In this document: piece by piece, positions 1-13,437 of the stretch | How positions within the stretch are numbered: the first letter of the stretch is position 1 | Layout: every line of letters starts with the position of its first letter | Source: Octopus sinensis | Taxonomy: Eukaryota | NCBI RefSeq assembly: GCF_006345805.1 | Contig: NC_043007.1 | Span: 23,684,001 to 23,748,000 of the forward strand | Length of the DNA: 64,000 nucleotides | Direction: 5' to 3' | The notes under the pieces: generated by a model | The model's database searches: none | Seen by the model: only the letters and a program-made list of their open reading frames with translations | What the model was told of the DNA's origin: nothing | Translations under genes and position numbers: made by a program

Positions 1-150
1 CGTAGCCGCCTGACGGAGAAAAACTGCACCGCCGTCCTTGCCAAAGGTGGCGTGACAAGACGACCTTCACAGCGGACAACAGTTGACAACTGGACTCGTC
101 CTACACGCAGCAACAGCTGTTCATCACCGAGACAAGAGACAGATTATGTC
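1..150 (+). mobile_element. Decayed RTE-like LINE 3' remnant
   Basis: Frame 3 reads PPDGEKLHRRPCQRWRD, resembling the RTE C-terminal 'P.GKR.RGRP..RWRD' motif; stops follow; cut by window edge. Confidence 0.3.
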
Positions 151-759
151 TATCTTGTTCCCATCTCATCTCAATAACATGCTTAGTATGGCTTATCCAC
201 ACACTAGCACTACTGCTTGTTATCACTTCCACACCAGTTGAAGTTTTACACACACACACACACACACACACAATAATATATATATATATGTATGTGTATA
301 TATTACGGAGATGTACTTGCATAGCAAGTGACCTGATCTGAGATTCGTGTGCTGGAACGAAAACAATTGCAGCGTGGAAGGTGTTTGTAAGCCATTTAAG
401 AAACGCACAAAAACCGTTCGATTCACTTCAACATTTAAATTTAATTTGTCAAAATGTTTTCGTCGCTTTCAGACCGCGACCTGTTCACTGACAAAACTTC
501 GTGCTGCATCTATATGTGTGTGTGTGTGTGTGTGTGCGTGTGCGTGTGTGTAATTTTCTAGATGGTGTAATTTAATTTTTCATTATTGAATTGATGAAAG
601 GTGTTTTTTTCTAATTTATATATATATAGTCAGGAAATCATAAATCCGAAAGAGTAGTTATAGAGCTGTAGAGAATATAGATAGATATGGCCGGTCTATG
701 AGGTTACCTTGGGTTTCACGTCCATAAGGTGCTCAGCATGACAGCGTTTCTTCAGACGC

Positions 760-1020
760 CAAAACCCGTTGGTCTATGGCCTCTCAAGCAAGTGGCCGCA
801 CTGTTCGTTATTGGTAGGATCAACCAAAAAAATGTACTCCAGCAAGTGAGAGATAAATATCATTTAATAAACACAATTTACAAAAGAGCTACTGATAGTT
901 TCATACTTAGAGATCCAACAATATCCAGTAAGATATACATATCGTTAAATAACCGCAGGATTAGGTGAGCTACTTGAAGTTTCATGGTTGGATAGTACAG
1001 TTATCGGACTTGCTTTTATA
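760..1020 (+). mobile_element. Decayed RTE-like LINE 3' remnant
   Basis: ORF 729-968 contains RINQKNVLQQVRDKYHLINTIYKR..FILRD..RRIR, matching the RTE post-RT pattern 'ISNEEVLRRV...LINTIKKR..F.GHILR...RGR'. Confidence 0.4.
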
Positions 1021-1084
1021 ACATTCAGTGTACTATGCCGCAATCATTATGCAATCTACTAATATAGACCCTGTGTTTATTAAA

Positions 1085-1518
<434 letters not shown>

Positions 1519-2039
1519 ATATATAATCAATCATTCTCAAAAAAAAAATCCTCTAAAATAAAGTAGCGCAGTGTGATTCCATACACTAACCCTTTGTAGA
1601 AACTGGAAGATGAATGTTCTAATTTTGTTATACATTCAGCGGGGAGATACGAGCGTCTGAGAAGCTCCAAATATCAGTCAGTCATTAAGCCTCGTCTTGT
1701 ATTTATCTTCGAGCAGGAAAGCGTACATCTCAAAGGATGACATCAGCTCTTCGTCAAGTAATTTAAGCACACTAGCTAAATACATACCCCTGGAAGGAAT
1801 GCTTTATTGAATTCTCGCTCCATCGATAGACGATGACTGTTATACATTTTACTCCTTAAGCGACTAATTCTAAGATCAGCTGTCCTAGTTAATTTCAGCT
1901 GTCATCTCGAAAATATTCCACTTTAGGGGATAAAGACGATGAGCATCAATGACTAGCGTTCTTTAGCTTTATATGGCTTTCTGGGATTCTTTACTTTTAT
2001 AAGGAAGTTTAAAAAGTATTTATGAACCAACCTCCTGAA

Positions 2040-2076
<37 letters not shown>

Positions 2077-2340
2077 CCAAATCCAGAGAGTTTGAAGGAA
2101 CCGATATCGAAAGAGAATTAATCATTTGATGTGAAACGTTGTAAGTTGGTCACCACAGATAATCCAGTAAAGCTTAGCAGATCTGGAGTGTTTGGCAGGA
2201 TCGATGAACTATGGGTCTTCACATAAATCAAATCACCACGAGGTGGGGAGCACCACACAAACCAGCTTAAGATTTTGAGATTGCTGATACCTCAACATGG
2301 TTTCAATAGTAATTACAGATGAATACTAATTTATCTAAAA

Positions 2341-2619
2341 CAGTGGATTTCAAACATGCTGGACTGCCGCCCCCTTGACATACAAGCCACATTTCTAGCG
2401 CCCCCCACCTTAACTAACCATCACAAACATAGACCTCTTTCTGAAGCAAATTCAAAGCAACTGTATTTCACAAATAAACCTTAATCTAATGAACCCTTTA
2501 TTTTGTTGTTTTTACATGAATTGCTACCCCAGTGTCGCCCCACTTTTCTTCAACGCCCCCCTGGAACTCTTCACCGCCCCCAGGGGGGGGGACAATACCG
2601 CCCACTTCAGGAACCACTG
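2341..2619. mobile_element. hAT-superfamily MITE
   Basis: Termini CAGTGGATTTCAAA ... GGAACCACTG with a perfect 8-bp TSD ATCTAAAA (2333-2340 and 2620-2627). Confidence 0.9.
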
Positions 2620-2744
2620 ATCTAAAAACGTTATCGATAAATTCTATGACACTATGCTTAGATTTTTAAAAAATGTGAAAGTTAATTAAAAAATATATTA
2701 GTTATTTTTATGTATGGCTCTTCGAGTTCGCTTAAGTTCACGCA

Positions 2745-2812
2745 AGTCTCTGATGACCCAACTCAACCAGTGGGCCCAACGATGTGTTCAGCTTTCGCAA
2801 TAAAAGATTGAG
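2745..2812 (+). mobile_element. Penelope-like terminal remnant with degenerate hammerhead motif
   Basis: CTGATGA (2750-2756) plus stem CCCA/TGGG; the expected GAAAC is replaced by CCAAC; AATAAA follows. Confidence 0.3.
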
Positions 2813-3025
2813 AACCAACATAAGCGAGAAAAGGATATATCTTGAACTCAAACAAAACATGGATCGAGACGATTCGCTTTTACTACTGAGCAGTTGACAT
2901 TATTTCGCTGTGACTGTCCCGCACCTAAGGAAAAGTCCGAAACTGGTTGCTTCTCAGACAACAGTCAAGTACCAATGATCCACTATGGTGAACGATTAGT
3001 CTTTTTCGGAACCAGATATACACCT

Positions 3026-3259
3026 TAAGGCGGCGAACTGGCAGACACGTTAGCGCGTCGGGCGAAATGCTTAGTGGTATTTCGTCTGTCGTTACATTCT
3101 GTGTTCAAATTCCGCCGAGGTCGACTTTGCCTTTCATCCTTTCGGGGTCGATAAATTAAGTACCAGTTACGCACTGGGGTCGATGTAATCAACTTAATCT
3201 CTTTGTCTGTCCTTGTTTGTCCCCTCTATGTTTAGCTCCTTGTGGGCAATAAAGAAATA
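3026..3259 (+). mobile_element. tRNA-derived SINE, family A (full length)
   Basis: Head TAAGGCGGCGAACTGGCAG...GTTCAAATTCC, central GCCTTTCATCCTTTCGGGGTCGATAAATTAAGTACCAG, tail TAAAGAAATA; near-identical copies elsewhere. Confidence 0.9.
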
Positions 3260-5477
3260 TATATTATTGTATTCTATAAGGTGGAGAGCTGGCAGAATTA
3301 TTAACCGTCGGAGGAAAACGCTTGGTGGTATTTCTTTCAGCTCTTTACGTTCATTCCTTTCGAGTCAATAAAATAAGCCCCTTCCCCTCGAAATTTGCCA
3401 GAGATAAAGAATACGCACCCCACTCGTTTTCGGCGTAATCGGAACCTTAGCCCTAACCGCCCAAAACGGGTGGTGTGACATATTCTTTACCTTCCCCCGA
3501 AATAGCAGGCCTTGAGTCCTGCCAACGGACCGACATCCCATTCAGGAAGAATATTGCGATATCGGTCATTTGTATGCCATGGAAGCCGGATAAATGGTGT
3601 TACGAATCCGAGGGCTGAAGAAAAGAAAAATACCGTATCGCATAAGACTAACGTCAACCCGCGTAATGTTTCTCAGAAACGCATATAAGGACGCTTCAAA
3701 AAAAAAAAAAAGACGCTATTTTCTTCGCCATTAAAATATATTAAAATATTCAGAAATTTAAAATAATTCTGTCTCATGTCTCGTTTGCTCGCGTCTTTTC
3801 TCAGTAGAACGACCCACTCTCTGGCTGACACAAGTGGGAATGATTCGAACTGGCTTTCAATTACAATGTAAAGGCACAAACGAACAAATCTAGCTTTTAT
3901 AAACTGGGTTCCAAATGCAGATTAGTTTACCCTCAAAGTACATTTTTGCTATAGCAACACAACCTTCGGTAACAAAAGGAAAAGAAAAACCGTTCACCAG
4001 CACATTTGTCCGCTCCAAAACCATTTATCTTATAATTTCCTTGCTAACCTTCACTGAATTCTTATTCTCCATCGCTAAACCTTTCTCAGTTTCCCTTTTA
4101 AAATACTATCCTATATATATACACACACACACAGGTCTCAGGCCAGCAGTGTTTGGGGTCTGATGATTCGCCTTATGAGCGAGAAACCTAGAATAACCCC
4201 ATAAACCGGTCTACTCCACTATAACTATATATTATCACTACTACTACTACCGATTGCCCCTTCACTTTTCAATGTTTCCTACACAGGAAACAGAAAAACC
4301 GAGTTGAAATATCTAAGTTTATAAAGCATCTAATCCAGCCCGTTAGGCACAAAGATATTTTTGTTTAGGGTTTTTGTGTCGTTCAAGATCTTTAAGTACC
4401 CTAAGTCGGTTCGTCAAAAGCTCATGTTTTCTGGTTCCACGGCCTCAATTTTGAGGGCGAGCCATATTGATAATGCTGATAGCAACATCGTGACTATGTT
4501 GATGAGGAGAATAAACCAAGGCAAGATTAATAGTAACATGAGAGAGAATGTATGCAATTTGATGTGGGTACGTGAGATTGGTTAGTGTGCCAGTACTTAT
4601 AAGAATGTGTGTGTGTGAGAGTAAGCGTATGAGTGAGCAGAAAGCATGTTAAGAAGTTCTGATTGACTGCAGTCTTGTGAGATCCGTGTGCGTGTGTGCC
4701 TATACCCACGTTAGTATATGCTGTGTGTGTGAGTGTTTAGTAGGTTCGGCTGCCAGTGTATCAATGGGTATGTAGTGTTTAGAGGGTGGGGCAACTGGTT
4801 GTGTTCTTCATACTGTTATTCTGGCTAATGATTTCATATTATTAAACGAATGCAAATTGATTGTCGCCGGGGATAAGCGCTCAAACGAGAAGAAAAACAT
4901 TTCGTGAATCTAAAACACTGTTCGTAATTTTTAATACGTTGCTAGAAACAGTAGCCAAATCTCCTTATATCACACGGTATAATTTGAAAAGCGTTTGGCT
5001 AATGTAGTAGTGGGGTCCTTAAAAAAAAAACAAGACAGTTATATATAGAAAGCTTTCTGCCCGATCAGAACTTAAAAGAGCATACACATGTAAAGTACAC
5101 AAACGGATCATAGCCATTTCCTGTAAGCTGAAGTATTTGTATTTAAAATAAAATTAAAGATTCAGTTTTTAAATACTCCTTATTCATTTGAATTAGCAGC
5201 ATGGCAAATATATTCTCGTTTAACCCCCTTTTTTTTATCTTTGGATTTCCAATTATACGATTGCCCAATGTGGGGCAGTACCCTACCCTAGTTGCGTCAT
5301 AGATAATGCATGTTCGCGCGCGGGGAGTGCTTCTCTTTTTGTGGGGCGTCATGGAAAAAAACGTGTACAAAGAAAAGATAAACTGGTTTCATTTTCATAG
5401 TCACACACATATACATATTATTCACAACAAAGGTGTATCCTTAAAGTCCTGTACTTTACATGTGACGCAAACTTAAG

Positions 5478-5523
<46 letters not shown>

Positions 5524-6054
5524 CTGTGTGTGTGCGTGTATTATAGAGATAGCATGAGGTTTAAAATAAAATTGATTAGAAGTTGGAATGGAAATTAGAA
5601 AAGGATTTACAACAGTTCAGGAAGGAAGGGAGATTAATAACATGCTTTCACTAGGCTAATAAGAATAAAGGGTGGAAAAAGCTAACATAATTATAAACCA
5701 ATGGAAAATATTATCGGCATTTGACCTGGAAAACAGCTGACAAATCTAGTTTATTTTTTAAAAAAATAGATTTGTGTCAAACGAACTGAAATATTACCTG
5801 TAATTGATAAATTTGACGAAACGAATCCGGATTGCATCAAAATTGTTCGTGTTGATTTCAGTACATTTTGGTAGGAAATAGTGAATTTTAAAAAATTCGT
5901 AATTAAAAACAATTATTATAATTATAAAAATTAAAATATATACTTCAATATAAAAGTAAAAGTAATAATATATTATTGCGAAGATTAATTGATCTTAAAA
6001 CTATTAATGAACTGAGTGACTTCCCTTAGTATGGAGAGTCTTAATTCCGCCTTA

Positions 6055-6140
6055 TCAAACCGGAAGCTGTAAATTTCGTTCGTCGGCAAAATGATGTCAC
6101 ATACTAATAAAGTAGATTTTTTTTTAATATTTCTTGTAAG
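6055..6140 (+). promoter_or_regulatory. Possible TSS/first exon
   Basis: ETS-like CCGGAAG at 6060-6066 in CpG-retaining unique DNA, then ATGATG and a possible donor TT|GTAAGA near 6135; CpG cluster also at 5290-5370. Motif evidence only. Confidence 0.2.
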
Positions 6141-6879
6141 ATTTCACTCAGTTTATATTTTTTAATAATTCTGTTATAATTTTTTCCGAAGCATGTAACA
6201 AAAAGTTTCCAAGTGGAAGTTGATTGAAATCATGAAATATCGTTCCGCACTAAATATGCAGTCCCTTAAAAGTACAAATTAAATTGATTTACGAAATAAA
6301 TAAATAAATAAATGAATAAACAATAAAAAAATCCTAAATAAAACGAAATAAATTTATTTAGTAATAGAAAAAATTTTAAATGAGATGATAATAATAATAA
6401 GAGAGTGTGGTTTGTTTCTTTTGCGGGTTAATTATAGTCAAAGAGTGATTTTGATATATTTTCATACTAATTTCAACCTTTAGTATAAAACTTATTTATT
6501 GCATCTACCGTTTCGAAAAAAAAAGGATATTTATAAATATATTTTTATATTTTTGAATCTCATTAAATGATTTTTTTTCAACATATAGAGTAACGCAATA
6601 TTTTAAAACGTCGAACGATATCAAAAAAATACTTTAAAAAAAAATAATAACCTACAAAATGAATGATTTTCAAATAATTTTCTACATCCTTTCCGACGGC
6701 GAAGTGCGTCCCGGCAATATTAAGATTGTTAGTATCCAACATCCGGGCAATGCGAATAGTCATTAACTGCTCTTGAATGCAAACAGTTACTTGTCGTTTC
6801 GACGGATGGCCAAAACGAACGTAATCGTAAACTGTGATCTACATATTTCGAGTATTACATCTGCAACTGCAACACACAC

Positions 6880-6991
6880 ACACACCCAACGTATATATGT
6901 ATGTATGTGTGCGCGTGCACGTGTTTTATATCTATATATATTATATATATATATATTATATATAGATATATATATATATATATATATATGT

Positions 6992-7065
<74 letters not shown>

Positions 7066-7509
7066 GATATATATATATATAAATATATACATTATTATAT
7101 ATATATATATAATATATATGTATACTATATATATATAAATATATATATATTATAATAATAAATATTAATATATATGTATGTATTTATATATATGTATTTA
7201 TATAAATATTAATTATATGTATGTATTTATATATAGTATTTATATATAAATATCTATCTATATATATATATAATCTATGTATGTATATAATAATAATATA
7301 TATATTATATATATATATATATATAATATTATATATGTATATATATATAAATATATATATTATATAGTATGCAGTATGTATATATATATCAATATATATA
7401 TATATATGTATGCATGTATATATATATATATAAATATATGTGTGTATATGTATGTGTGCGTATATATATATAATAATATATAAATATATGTGTGTATATG
7501 TATGTGTGC

Positions 7510-7552
<43 letters not shown>

Positions 7553-7630
7553 AAATAATATATACCAAGAGAGATAGAAATGTATATATATTCGTGTATT
7601 CGTCCTAAGTTTTTCCATCGTAGTAGTAAG
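6880..7630. repeat. Compound (TA)n/(TG)n low-complexity block
   Basis: Direct reading; explains the IY-rich ORFs. Confidence 0.95.
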
Positions 7631-7788
7631 TTATATATATATATCTCTATATCGGCATACATACAAAGGAAGAACATTCAGGTGTAGAAAAGCTACCCAA
7701 CAAATACCGTCCAACCTATGCAAGCATGGAAAAATGGACGTTAAAATTTGATGATAATGATGATATATAGACGTGTGTGTGTGTGTAA

Positions 7789-7942
7789 GGAGTGTCTGTG
7801 TGATAAGAAGCTTGATTCTCAACCACATGGTTCCATGTTCAGTCTCACTGTGTGACACCTTGAGCAAGTATCTTCTACTATAGCCTCGAGCTGACCAAAG
7901 CCTTGTGACGATTTGGTATACGAAACTAAAAGAAGTCCGTCG

Positions 7943-7977
<35 letters not shown>

Positions 7978-8180
7978 ATGTATTGTGTTTGTCGTTTTTC
8001 CCCCCACCATCGCTTGACAACCGATGTTGGCGTGTTTACATCCTCATAACTTAGCAGTTTGACAAAAGAGACTGATAGAATAAGTACTAGGCAAACAAAG
8101 AATAAGTTCTGGGGTCAATTTGTTCGACTAAATGTGGTGCTTCAGCATGGCCACAGTCAAATGACTGAAACAAATAAATG
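7789..8180 (+). mobile_element. SINE family B
   Basis: Head, CORE-like ACCTTGAGCAAGTATCTTC, internal (TA)n(TG)n, tail CAGCATGGCCACAGTCAAATGACTGAAAC. Confidence 0.85.
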
Positions 8181-8200
8181 AATACATATATATATATACT

Positions 8201-8424
8201 TATTTCTTTATTGCCCCACGGGGCTAAACACAGAGAGGACAAACAAGGACAGCTAAATGGATTAAGTCGATTATATCGACCAGTGTGTAACTGGTACTTA
8301 ATAATTTAATCGACCCCGAAAGGAGAAAGCAAAGTCGACCTCGGCGGAATTGAACTCAGAACGTACGGCAGACGAAATACGGCTACGCATTTCGCCCGGC
8401 GTGTTAACGTCTCTGCCAGCTCGC

Positions 8425-8429
<5 letters not shown>
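8201..8429 (-). mobile_element. SINE family A
   Basis: Reverse complement of the 3026-3259 family. Confidence 0.9.
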
Positions 8430-8520
<91 letters not shown>

Positions 8521-8730
8521 GTTATATATACTAATATATATATAATATATATACTAATATATATTATATATATAATATATACTAATATATATATATATAT
8601 ATAATATATACTAATATATATATATATATATATACTAATATATATATATATATATATACTAATATATATATATATATATATATATATACTAATATATATA
8701 TCTTGTGTGTTTGTGTATATATATATATAA
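8430..8730. repeat. (TA)n-derived microsatellite with ACTAAT interruptions
   Basis: Direct reading. Confidence 0.95.
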
Positions 8731-8763
8731 AGCAGCAGAAAATTCAACAAAACCTGTTACTGT

Positions 8764-8787
8764 CTGATGACCGGCAACGGGAAACTC
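8764..8787 (+). ncRNA. Hammerhead-core-like motif (flanks rearranged)
   Basis: CTGATGA-CCG-GCAA-CGG-GAAAC: both conserved core strands around a GNRA-capped stem II; stems I/III not completed downstream. Confidence 0.45.
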
Positions 8788-8790
8788 AAG

Positions 8791-8945
8791 GTGCCGGTGA
8801 CACGTAAAAGCACCATCATCTGTTCGGGCCGTTTGCCAGCTCTATCTGACACCTGTGGCATGTGGCACTAAAAAGCACCCACTACACACACGAGTGGTTG
8901 GCGTTAGGAAGGGCATCCAGCCGTAGAAACACTTCCAGATCTGAC
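8791..8945 (+). mobile_element. Non-autonomous element family D (partial)
   Basis: GTAAAAGCACC repeats then GAGTGGTTGGCGTTAGGAAGGGCATCCAGCCGTAGAAAC; truncated by a family B copy. Confidence 0.75.
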
Positions 8946-8955
8946 TGGGCCTGAT

Positions 8956-9355
8956 GGAGTGGCTGTGTGGTAAGTAGCTTGTTTTACCAACACATGGTTC
9001 CAAATTCAGTCCAGCCCACTGCGTGGCTCTTGGGCAAGTGTCTTCTGCTATAGCCTCGGCCGACCAATGCCTTGTGAGTGGATTTGGTAGACGGAAACTG
9101 AAGAAGCCTGTCGTATATATGTATTATATATAAGTTTGTGGTGTGTATATGTTTTGTGTGTCTGTGTTTGTCCCCCTAGCATTGCTTGACAACCGATGCT
9201 GGTGTGTTTACGTCCCCATCACTTAGCGGTTCGGCAAAAGAGACCGATAAAATAAGTACTGGGCTTACAAAGAATAAGTCCCGGTGGTCGATTTGCTCGA
9301 CTAAAGGCGGTGCTCCAGCATGGTCGCAGTCAAATGACTGAAACAAGTAAAAGAG
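8956..9355 (+). mobile_element. SINE family B (full length)
   Basis: Complete head-body-microsatellite-tail match to other copies. Confidence 0.9.
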
Positions 9356-10194
9356 AAAGAGTAAAAGAGAATATATACTTGTGTGTGTGGTATATATATA
9401 TATATATATATGCATATATGTATATGTATGCATGCTTGCCATTTATATACCATACTAAATGCATATACACAGTTGAAAAAGCAACTTTTTTTTTTATCCC
9501 AAAGAAAATCTTATCATAGACATGTTATATTAAAAAACACAATGCATAGCAAAGCAAGGTAAACTTCATCACAACATTGACTCGTAAGAATGGTAGATAT
9601 GCTTTACTTGGGTTTTGTCAATACTGTGCACCTCTTTGTCAGTGCCTAAGATAAATTCATGTTTTATGTATAGGAAACAATGGATGATATATTCACTGAT
9701 GTTACAAAAAGCTTGCTGGTTGTAAATAATTTGGTGACTGCAACTGAAACAGTATTAAATTTAAATTCCCATCTGTGCATCATAATAAATGTATAAACAC
9801 CATTGAAAGGGTGTGATGCTTTGTTTTGTGCCTGAGAGAAAATCTCTCCATAAATATGATATGTTAAAAACACATTACATTGTATTGGTGGATGAACATC
9901 ATCACACAGTGACCCTTGAGAATGAGACTTGTTTCACCCAATTTGAGACCCTGCAAGATTTCCACAAAGAATGTATTCTTTACTGTTTCCTATATACCAA
10001 AGAATGAATTTCATGTTAGCAAGGAGCAAACAGAATCACAGCATTGACAGGTATCTTGTAGGGTGAAATGCAACTGTCATTCTTATGAGTCACTACTGCA
10101 ATGATGTTTGCCTTGCTCTGATATATACTGCATTTTTATCACAGTATGTCTATGAACCCCCTCCAAAGCCCAACCGTTCTCCTCACCGTGCTGC

Positions 10195-10368
10195 TGGGGG
10201 TGGCAACGGCATATGGTATCCGCTGGCTTGACACCATCAAGAGTGATACCGGAATGGACATAGCCAATCTGAAAGAAGCAGCCCAGGATAGAACTGACTG
10301 GAGGACACTGATCCATTGAGTAACCGGGAGTCGACTTCAACTGAGCGGATAGATGGAGATGGATGTCT
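10195..10368 (+). mobile_element. RTE (BovB-like) LINE 3' end
   Basis: Translates RWLDTIKSDTGMDIANLKEAAQDRTDWRTLIH*VTGSRLQLSG*, a typical RTE C-terminus, then a GATG-type tail. Confidence 0.75.
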
Positions 10369-10580
10369 ATGAAGAGGTTCCCTTCGAGAAAAACCACAGC
10401 ATCATGCTTTTCAATGGTATAAATACCTTTGGTATGATACACAAATAGCAATTTTAGTTTAATTCTGTTTCAGTTTGAAATAGTTGTCATAATTGTGGTT
10501 CCTATAACAATTTGGTTTTCTAATAGAGATTCTTAGCCTCAAGTCAACCTCTTTAAGCTCAAAGAGAGGTGGAACCAAAT

Positions 10581-10825
10581 TTCCATCAATCAAAAAATTC
10601 TGAAAAGGAAATGGAGCTGGATCAGTTACACACTAAGGAAACATCCAAGCAGCATGGCAAGATAAGAATTAGATTGGCAGCCTGAAGGAAAGAGGAAAGT
10701 TGGATGACCTAAGAAGATCTGGAAAGGATGCATGGAGTTTGGTCTGAAATCAAGGCGGTAGCCCATGATTGTGTCCACTGGTATGAAGTGATCATGGCCC
10801 TATGCTCCTTGTGGAGTAATGTGGA
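10581..10825 (+). mobile_element. RTE LINE 3' end (second family)
   Basis: KRKWSWISYTLRKHPSSMAR*ELDWQPEGKRKVG*PKKIW, then frameshifted WSEIKAVAHDCVHWYEVIMALCS. Confidence 0.7.
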
Positions 10826-10860
10826 GAAACTGTTTCAGATGCATTCACTGAGTTTTTTAT

Positions 10861-11110
10861 GGAGGTGCATGGCTTAGTGGTTAAGGTGTTGAACTCATGA
10901 TTGTAAGGTTGTGGTTTCGATTCCTGGATCGGGCGGTGTGTTGTGTTCTTGAGCAAAACACTTTATTTCACCTTGCTCTAGTCCACTCAGCTGGCAAAAA
11001 TAAGTAATCCTGCGACGGACTGGCGTCCCATCCAGGTGGGGAATTTCTACGCCACTGAAACCGGGAAACCGGCCCTTATGAGCCTAACATGGCTTGAGAA
11101 GGAACATTTT
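10861..11110 (+). mobile_element. tRNA-derived SINE, family C (tail type 1)
   Basis: TGGCTTAGTGG A-box, GTTTCGATTCC B-box, CORE-like GTTCTTGAGCAAAACACTTTA. Confidence 0.85.
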
Positions 11111-11483
11111 TATTTTAACTGAGTATTTTTATGGCCAGATAGTTTTCCCTTTCAACAAGAAGTATTACAGAATTAATTACCACACAAACACTAAATCATA
11201 CTGAAATGAAACCTATATATCTTAAATGAGATTTATGCTGTCAAAACATCACCTCGTATGCATTATTTGTCTGGAGTAAGAATTCATTGACAAAGTGATC
11301 ATAGCATAGCTTCTGTGTTACCAAGGAAGCCAGAGTTCTAAAATGTTTCTGATTACCATGATTCATTTTGTTCTTTTCTTGCTGAGTGTCTAGAGGAAGG
11401 GATAGCATCCATAACTTTTGTAGGTCCTCAAAGACCCATAAATGGATATCTGATACTCTGCATCCAGTACACACATAGATTCA

Positions 11484-11523
11484 TATATATATATATATAT
11501 ACATACATACATGTACACACATA

Positions 11524-11563
<40 letters not shown>

Positions 11564-11748
11564 CTAATATATATATATACATATATAATATATATATATA
11601 TTATACATATACATATATATATAATATATATATATATATATAGTATACGATTTCTCTTGAATGAAACAGTTCTAGTCCTGTAGAAGCTCCTTCTATATAA
11701 TTAATACTACATATATATTATATATATATATACATACACACATATATA

Positions 11749-11787
<39 letters not shown>

Positions 11788-11862
11788 CATACATACAATT
11801 ATACACATATAATATATATATATATATGTTGTGTGTGTGTGGTGTTGTGTGTGTGTGTGTGT

Positions 11863-11905
<43 letters not shown>

Positions 11906-11915
11906 ATGTATGTAT
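11484..11915. repeat. Compound (TA)n/(TG)n/(TATG)n block
   Basis: Direct reading. Confidence 0.9.
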
Positions 11916-11959
11916 AGAGTTTTTGAAGTGTTGTACAGATATTGTATATTGAGAAAAGG

Positions 11960-12030
11960 AAGCAGTCAGAATTTTAGATAATTCTTTATTAGCGCTTTCA
12001 TTCGTTTAACCGAGCTCTTCAAGACAAAAA
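11960..12030 (-). mobile_element. Penelope-like terminal remnant with degenerate hammerhead motif
   Basis: Minus strand TTTGT-CTTGAAGA-gcTCG gttaaa CGAat-GAAAGCGCT-AATAAA; palindromic AGCGCT in the stem III position. Confidence 0.35.
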
Positions 12031-12129
12031 ATTACTGAGAGTGAGAGAGACCAGGGTGGTCATATTAAGCAAGGTGTAGAGAAGTTAAATTATGATGAGG
12101 GGATCAGGAAGAGATTTGCTGTTGTTGCG

Positions 12130-12440
12130 GACTGGCCAGTGGTTAGGGCAGCGGATTCACAGTCGGAGGATCATGGTTTCGATTCCCAGACCGGGCGTTG
12201 TGTGTGTTTATTGAGCAAAAACACCTAAAAGCTCCACGAGGCTCTGGCAGGGGGTGGTGGCGACCCCTGTTGTACTCTTTCACCACAACTTTCTCTCACT
12301 CTCTCTTCCTGTTTCTTGAGTAACGCTGTGATGGACTGGCATCCCATCCAGCTGGGGGGAACACATATGTCACAGAAACCGGGAAACCGGGCCCCGTGAA
12401 CATGGCTAGGCTTGAAAAGGGCGCATAAATAAAATAAAAA
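12130..12440 (+). mobile_element. tRNA-derived SINE, family C (variant body)
   Basis: CAGTGGTTAGGG...GTTTCGATTCCC head; closely matches 26521-26835. Confidence 0.85.
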
Positions 12441-13199
12441 AAAGAATATATTTAAAGAAAAAGAAAAAAAAGAAATTCATGGCCATCTCATATTTTATAT
12501 GAGAGAGGGTGGGGTGAATCTCAAAGAGAGGCAACTCCAATGACGACAAAGAAACAGAACATGTCCTCATGGTAACATATGCAAGAAATGCATAGAAGAG
12601 AAAGTGGATACAGAAGAATGAGGGGAAAGTGGTGGGAAGATTGTAAGCACGTGGGAGGAGAGTGAGAAATGGTTATAAGCATGGTGGGTGGAAATGCTCA
12701 GGTGTATGTAAGGAATAAGTGTAATGAAATGTGAGCAGAAATGAAGATGATAAATATGAGTGGGGAACTATAAGAATGAGGGATAGATGCTGATTAGGGG
12801 TAGCACAAAGGATGGGGGGTGGATGACAACTGTACAGAGCTGGTTGTATGGTATGGTATACAGTAATAGGTTCTGCTTTGATTTATTAGAGCAGTAGGAT
12901 AATTCAGTAGACAGGAGATTGATGGAGGGATGAGTAATAGTATGATGAAGGGTGGAGTTAAAGGTTGCAAATTGGGAGGAGGGGCGTGAGAGATGATACC
13001 AACGAGGGTGGGAGTGGATGAAGATAAGAATGAGGAATGGATAGCAATAAGAAGTGGATCAAGGAAAGGGATCCAACTGTAAGGGCAGGGAAAGAGACAG
13101 GGAGGAAGAAGCAGGGGTTGGAGCAGACTTGGTAGGAACTCAGTCGAGTGAATAGTGAATATACACATTATGCTTTGAGTGTCTCAGTGATAATAATAT

Positions 13200-13400
13200 G
13201 TGAGCATAGCTGAGTGAGTCTTCTCAAGTACTGCGTGTTCCCAATCAACTTGGTCCTTTGTCATCTCTTTTGTGTTTCTCAACATCCTAAGATCAACCTT
13301 CACAAACTCAACCAATGCCTTCTTGGGTCTTCCATTTCCACAGTTTCCAACTACTGGGAGCAATCAGTACTACTTTATATAAATATCCTCATTCATATGC
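13200..13400 (-). mobile_element. RTE LINE 3' end
   Basis: Minus strand CGNGRPKKALVEFVKVDLRMLRNTKEMTKDQVDWEHAVLEKT; similar to 53230-53520. Confidence 0.65.
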
Positions 13401-13437
13401 ATCACATGTACAAAGTGAAGCAATTTTGCACACTATA

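Noticed and set aside
305-500. Possible PLE terminus/hammerhead on minus strand
   Set aside because: Has stem plus GAAA but CAGTGAA in place of CTGANGA; too far from the core to call.
3480-3625. Apparent minus-strand exon (good acceptor, open frame LGFVTPFIRLPW..., donor GTAAAG)
   Set aside because: On + it resembles the family C type 1 tail (GGAC.G.C.TCCCAT.CAGG...GCCA..GAA.CCGG), so it is probably SINE-derived.
6773-8750. IY-rich ORFs
   Set aside because: (TA)n translations.
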